Positions 59,808 to 64,000 of a DNA stretch of 64,000 nucleotides are shown one piece after another. The notes below the pieces were generated by a model. It was given only the letters and a program-made list of their open reading frames with translations. It did not search any database and had not been told where the DNA came from. Source of the DNA: Chitinophagales bacterium (lineage in GTDB: Bacteria; Bacteroidota; Bacteroidia; Chitinophagales; LD1); the NCBI GenBank assembly GCA_016786765.1, contig JAEUUZ010000051.1, positions 163,453 to 227,452 of the forward strand, written 5' to 3'. Numbering within the stretch: the stretch's first letter is position 1; each line of letters begins with the position of its first letter. Both the position numbers and the translations under genes were made by a program.

Positions 59808-61829
59808 ATGTTTGAACTTACATCCAAATACAAGCCTATGGGCGATCAACCCGAAGCTATTCGCCAATTGGTGAACGGCTTAAATGAGGGCGACCCAAAG
59901 CAGGTATTGCTGGGTGTTACAGGCTCCGGGAAGACGTTCACCATTGCCAATGTGATTCAGGAAGTGCAGCGTCCTACGCTTATTCTCACACACAATAAAA
60001 CATTGGTTTCGCAATTATATGGCGAATTCAAGCAGTTTTTTCCCAATAACGCGGTAGAGTATTTTGTATCTTATTATGATTACTATCAGCCGGAAGCCTA
60101 CATCGTTTCCTCCGGAACATATATAGAAAAAGACTTATCTATCAATCAAGAAATTGAAAAATTGCGATTGAGCACCACGGCTTCGTTGCTTTCCGGAAGA
60201 AGAGATATTATAGTGGTGGCGTCTATTTCCTGTATCTACGGTTTAGGAAACCCCATCGAATATGCCAACTCGGTGATTAAAATTAAGGTAGGGCAAAACT
60301 TAAGTCGCAATGCCTTTTTATTGCAATTGGTGGAATCGCTCTATTCGCGTTCTGATTTAGAATTGGTGCGTGGAACTTTTCGACCGAAAGGCGACACCGT
60401 TGAAATTGCATTGGCCTACATGGATTATGCGTATCGCGTTACTTTTTTTGATGATGAAATTGAGCGCATCGAAGCCTTTGAACCGAGCACAGGACGAACC
60501 TTTGAGAAATATTCGAATGTGGCCATCTTTCCCGCCAACATGTATGTGACATCGAAGGATGTATTGAAATTCACCTTATCGCAAATTAAAGAAGACCTAG
60601 ACCAGCAAGTGGCGTATTTCAAAGAAGTGGGCAAACATATTGAAGCGGCACGTTTGAAAGAGCGCGTGGAATTTGATATGGAGATGATGCGTGAATTAGG
60701 CTACTGTTCGGGCATTGAGAACTATTCGCGCTATATGGACAGACGACAACCGGGCTCGCGGCCGTATTGTTTGTTGGATTATTTTCCGGATGATTTTTTG
60801 ATGGTGTTGGATGAAAGTCACGTATCGGTACCGCAAATTGGAGCGATGTCGGGTGGCGATAAAAGCAGAAAGTTGAATCTAGTAGAATACGGATTCCGCT
60901 TACCTTCAGCGATGGATAACCGTCCGTTGAATTTTTCGGAATTTGAATCGATAACCGGTCAAACCATTTATGTAAGTGCCACTCCGGGCGATTACGAATT
61001 AGCACAAACCAATGGAGAAGTGGTGGAACAGATTGTTCGTCCTACAGGATTGCTCGACCCGATAATTGATGTTCGTCCGAGTCTCAACCAAATCGATGAT
61101 TTGATGGATGAGATTGATGAACGTATTAAAAAAGATGAACGTGTGTTGGTGACAACGCTTACAAAACGTATGGCAGAAGAGCTCGATAAATATTTATCGC
61201 GATTGCATATTAAATGTCGTTACATCCACAGCGGTGTAGATACATTGGATCGAATTGAAATCATTCGCGACTTGCGTTTGGGTAAATTTGATGTATTGAT
61301 TGGTGTGAACCTATTGCGTGAAGGACTTGATTTACCTGAGGTTTCGTTGGTTGCAATTTTAGATGCCGACAAAGAAGGCTTTTTGAGAAATAGAAAATCG
61401 TTGATACAAACATCCGGGCGTGCAGCGCGAAATTCAAACGGGAAAGTAATTATGTATGCCGATCGGATTACAAAATCGATGCAAGAAACCATCGATGAAA
61501 CTAACCGAAGACGTGAAAAACAAATTGCCTATAACACAGAATTTGGCGTAACACCTGAAACGGTTTTAAAATCGAAGGAAGAAATCATGAAACAGACTTC
61601 TGTGTTGGAAATAAGAAAAGGCGATGGCGTAGCTTATGTAGAACCGGATGAAGCATTGAGCTTGGTAGCCGACCCAATTGTGAGTATGATGAACAAACAG
61701 CAATTGCAGAAAACCATTGAAGAAACCAGAAACCGCATGAATAAAGCCGCTAAGGAAACCGATTTCTTGCTTGCCGCTAAGTTACGTGACGAAATTTTAC
61801 AGTTAGACAAAATGCTGAAGGAGAAATAA
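59808..61829 (+). CDS. uvrB: Excinuclease ABC subunit B
   Basis: From the ATG at 59808 the protein starts MFELTSKYKPMGDQPEAI. It has the Walker A GVTGSGKT, helicase motifs and a C-terminal UVR domain (LAAKLRDEILQL). Confidence 0.93.
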   Translation: MFELTSKYKPMGDQPEAIRQLVNGLNEGDPKQVLLGVTGSGKTFTIANVIQEVQRPTLILTHNKTLVSQLYGEFKQFFPNNAVEYFVSYYDYYQPEAYIVSSGTYIEKDLSINQEIEKLRLSTTASLLSGRRDIIVVASISCIYGLGNPIEYANSVIKIKVGQNLSRNAFLLQLVESLYSRSDLELVRGTFRPKGDTVEIALAYMDYAYRVTFFDDEIERIEAFEPSTGRTFEKYSNVAIFPANMYVTSKDVLKFTLSQIKEDLDQQVAYFKEVGKHIEAARLKERVEFDMEMMRELGYCSGIENYSRYMDRRQPGSRPYCLLDYFPDDFLMVLDESHVSVPQIGAMSGGDKSRKLNLVEYGFRLPSAMDNRPLNFSEFESITGQTIYVSATPGDYELAQTNGEVVEQIVRPTGLLDPIIDVRPSLNQIDDLMDEIDERIKKDERVLVTTLTKRMAEELDKYLSRLHIKCRYIHSGVDTLDRIEIIRDLRLGKFDVLIGVNLLREGLDLPEVSLVAILDADKEGFLRNRKSLIQTSGRAARNSNGKVIMYADRITKSMQETIDETNRRREKQIAYNTEFGVTPETVLKSKEEIMKQTSVLEIRKGDGVAYVEPDEALSLVADPIVSMMNKQQLQKTIEETRNRMNKAAKETDFLLAAKLRDEILQLDKMLKEK

Positions 61830-61841
61830 ATCTATTCTTCT

Positions 61842-62522
61842 CTACTTCAAAAACTTGATTCGCTTCATTATTGTATTACCACTTACCATTTCAACAATGT
61901 ACATACCCTCCGGCAAATGGCGTAATGGAATATTATTGTTAGTAGAATGTAGAAGATGCTGTTCAATAAGCGTTCCGGAAACAGCATAAATTCTTACATA
62001 TTGAAGAACCTTTTCTTGCACGCTTTTTCTAACAAAAAGCTGCTCGTTCGCCATGAAAAGTTGAATTTCATTTCCACCCTGCTCTTCTAAGCCCAAAGCG
62101 TTTGCTATTTGGATTGGCGCCCTTGCACTATCATCAAGTGTTACTGAAGCTACAGGCCAAACAATAATGATATCAGGTCCGGCTTTAAAATACGTGGGCA
62201 AAAGCTGAACAGTAAAAAGAGCGGCTTTTTCCTCCAAAGGCGCAAGTGTTATGGATGTACCGGTAAATGGCGGCTTACCCACTACAGAAAGGTTGGTAAT
62301 AATACTATCCTTATTGGCGAGCAGAAAGTTAATGACTCCGGAAAAGGTATCCGTTGTACTTGTATTTCTAAGCTTGGTGAAAATGCTAATCTGGTCGCCC
62401 AAGTTAGGCGTGCTATTGGAAACAGAAGTGGTATACAAACCCAATTTAGCTTGGGCATACAAAGTACTAGGCATTCCCATACCTATAATAAAGAGTAGCA
62501 CCAGTATATACCTATTCTTCAT
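61842..62522 (-). CDS. Small secreted protein with a T9SS type-A C-terminal sorting domain
   Basis: The signal peptide is MKNRYILVLLFIIGMGMPSTLYAQ. The C-terminus VRIYAVSGTLIEQHLL...LPEGMYIVEMVSGNTIMKRIKFLK has the typical type-A CTD pattern. Confidence 0.65.
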   Translation of the reverse strand: MKNRYILVLLFIIGMGMPSTLYAQAKLGLYTTSVSNSTPNLGDQISIFTKLRNTSTTDTFSGVINFLLANKDSIITNLSVVGKPPFTGTSITLAPLEEKAALFTVQLLPTYFKAGPDIIIVWPVASVTLDDSARAPIQIANALGLEEQGGNEIQLFMANEQLFVRKSVQEKVLQYVRIYAVSGTLIEQHLLHSTNNNIPLRHLPEGMYIVEMVSGNTIMKRIKFLK

Positions 62523-62608
62523 ATATCCTGAAATTTACATAAATGTACAAAAAGGAAGATTAGGAAGATTTAGATTTTTTTATTTTCTTACATGTTCAAA
62601 GTACCATT

Positions 62609-64000
62609 ATGGACTTACTTACACAGCTTGTTGCCGTAATGACCAAAGAAGAAGTGAGGCATTTAAAGCTATATCTCTCTAGAATAGAAACCAAAGGTGA
62701 AAGAAAAGACGAAAAACTTTTCGATTATATCCGCACTAATGCCGACCATTATGACGAAGCGAAAATCCATCGGAAACTCTACGGTGATAGCGATAAGAAT
62801 GCGTTTTATCGATTAAGAGGACGATTGCAAGATGTGATCTGCCAGAACTTAGCCATGTTACACGAAAGCAAAAACGACAAGAACAAACTCTTTCTTTATT
62901 TCTCTGTGTTCCATATTTTCTTCGACAAAGGTAATTTCGAATTAGCGTTAGCTTATTTAAGGAAAGCAGAACGTTTGGCGCTGAATGGTGAAAACTTGGA
63001 AATGCTGGATTTGATTTACGCGAATTACATTAAACTATCGAGCGATTTACCTTCTATGAATCCGGAGGCCTATATAGAAAAGCGAAACAAAAACGCCATC
63101 CAATTGAATAAACTTCGGGAAATGGATCAGATTTTAGCAGCAGTGGTGTATCGACTAAAACTATCCCAGGCAAAGGGACGTGAGGATGAAAACACAGTGC
63201 AACTATTAGATGATGTTACACAAAAATACAGTGCCGATAAAAGTTTAAAGCAAAGTAAAACCTTTCAAACAAAGATATACCGTGCAGTGAGTCATATTCT
63301 ACTGCAACGCCACGACTATATAGAACTAGAGCGTTTCATGGTGTCTATCTACCAGAAATTCACCAAAGCAAATTGGTTCGACCGCTCCAACCACGACACG
63401 AAACTGCAAATGCTTACCTTTTTGGTGAACAGCTTTTCGCGCAACAGAAAACATGAAAAATCGCTTCATTACGCTGAAATATTAGGCGCTGAAATAGAAA
63501 ACTATAATCGACTGCATTATCATAAATTCGTGTTCTATTACTACAATGCGCGTGTCATTAACTATTCCGAAACTGCACCCAACAAAGCGTTAGAAGCATT
63601 GAAAGAGTTGGAAGAAGTGATGAAAGGTAAAGCCAATACCTATTATGAAATGTTTATTCATTTAAATCGTGGCATTTTATTTTTTAAAACAGGAAAACAC
63701 AACGATGCCATCCGAAGTTTTGTAAAGTATTACACCAATGAGTATTACAAGAAGTCGGACAATTTGTTTAAATTCCGCGTAGCGATAACAGAATTGATGA
63801 TGCACTTTGAATCGAAAGATTTAGCGGGTATATCAATAAGGCTTGAACAGGTACGAAAACAGTTTAAAGATGAAATGGATCAAACAGATGCATGTGCTGA
63901 AAAACTAATGTACGACTGGATGCAACTCTTGCGAAAACAGGAGCTGAAATACAGCAATGAAAAGGCACAAGCTGCATTAAGAGTGCTGGTGAAAGATAAA
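62609..64000 (+). CDS. Hypothetical helical-repeat (TPR-like) protein. It is partial because the 3' end runs off the right window edge.
   Basis: It is absent from the ORF track because it is open at the edge. My hand translation from the ATG at 62609 (MDLLTQLVAVMTKEEVRHLKLYLSRIETKG...) stays open to nt 64000. The sequence is helical and Leu/Lys/Tyr-rich with TPR-like segments (GNFELALAYLRKAERLAL). Confidence 0.6.
   Translation, partial: MDLLTQLVAVMTKEEVRHLKLYLSRIETKGERKDEKLFDYIRTNADHYDEAKIHRKLYGDSDKNAFYRLRGRLQDVICQNLAMLHESKNDKNKLFLYFSVFHIFFDKGNFELALAYLRKAERLALNGENLEMLDLIYANYIKLSSDLPSMNPEAYIEKRNKNAIQLNKLREMDQILAAVVYRLKLSQAKGREDENTVQLLDDVTQKYSADKSLKQSKTFQTKIYRAVSHILLQRHDYIELERFMVSIYQKFTKANWFDRSNHDTKLQMLTFLVNSFSRNRKHEKSLHYAEILGAEIENYNRLHYHKFVFYYYNARVINYSETAPNKALEALKELEEVMKGKANTYYEMFIHLNRGILFFKTGKHNDAIRSFVKYYTNEYYKKSDNLFKFRVAITELMMHFESKDLAGISIRLEQVRKQFKDEMDQTDACAEKLMYDWMQLLRKQELKYSNEKAQAALRVLVKDK

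Overview
This window looks like a chromosomal segment from a Bacteroidota genome of Flavobacteriia or Cytophagia type, roughly 40-45% GC by eye. Supporting signs are T9SS type A and type B C-terminal sorting domains, SprB repeats, a PorP/SprF gene, TAnnTTTG-type promoter boxes and no Shine-Dalgarno sequences. I support about 55 protein genes and one tRNA. Housekeeping genes include clpC, rnz, gcvT, lpxD, recJ, kmo, pabA, thiL, anmK, asd, mnmE, hisS, fumarylacetoacetase, rluB and uvrB. They are interspersed with many cell-surface and secreted proteins. There are three very large or large adhesin-like T9SS cargo genes: <1-2905, 24077-29653 and 55388-58978. The last of these sits in a cargo-PorP/SprF-OmpA/TPR module. 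There is also a shorter type-B cargo (36541-38040), an S8 protease and a small protein with type-A sorting domains. I saw no CRISPR array, transposase, integrase, reverse transcriptase, rRNA or recognisable defence system. Four items deserve a second look. (1) An 860-aa secreted protein has about 210 uninterrupted Gly-X-Thr collagen-like triplets between a small N-terminal domain and a 138-aa beta-rich C-terminal domain, with a co-oriented small secreted-protein gene directly downstream. (2) A DUF559 (Vsr-like) endonuclease gene is bracketed by ~33-nt inverted repeats that each contain a perfect 9-bp hairpin, and one repeat supplies the last 11 codons and the stop. (3) An orphan radical SAM gene has a Cys-rich twitch/SPASM-like module at its N-terminus and lies 21 nt downstream of rluB. 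(4) A conserved Bacteroidota protein carries a histone-H1-like Lys/Ala/Pro tail. All functional calls come from motif recognition by eye, and no searches were run.
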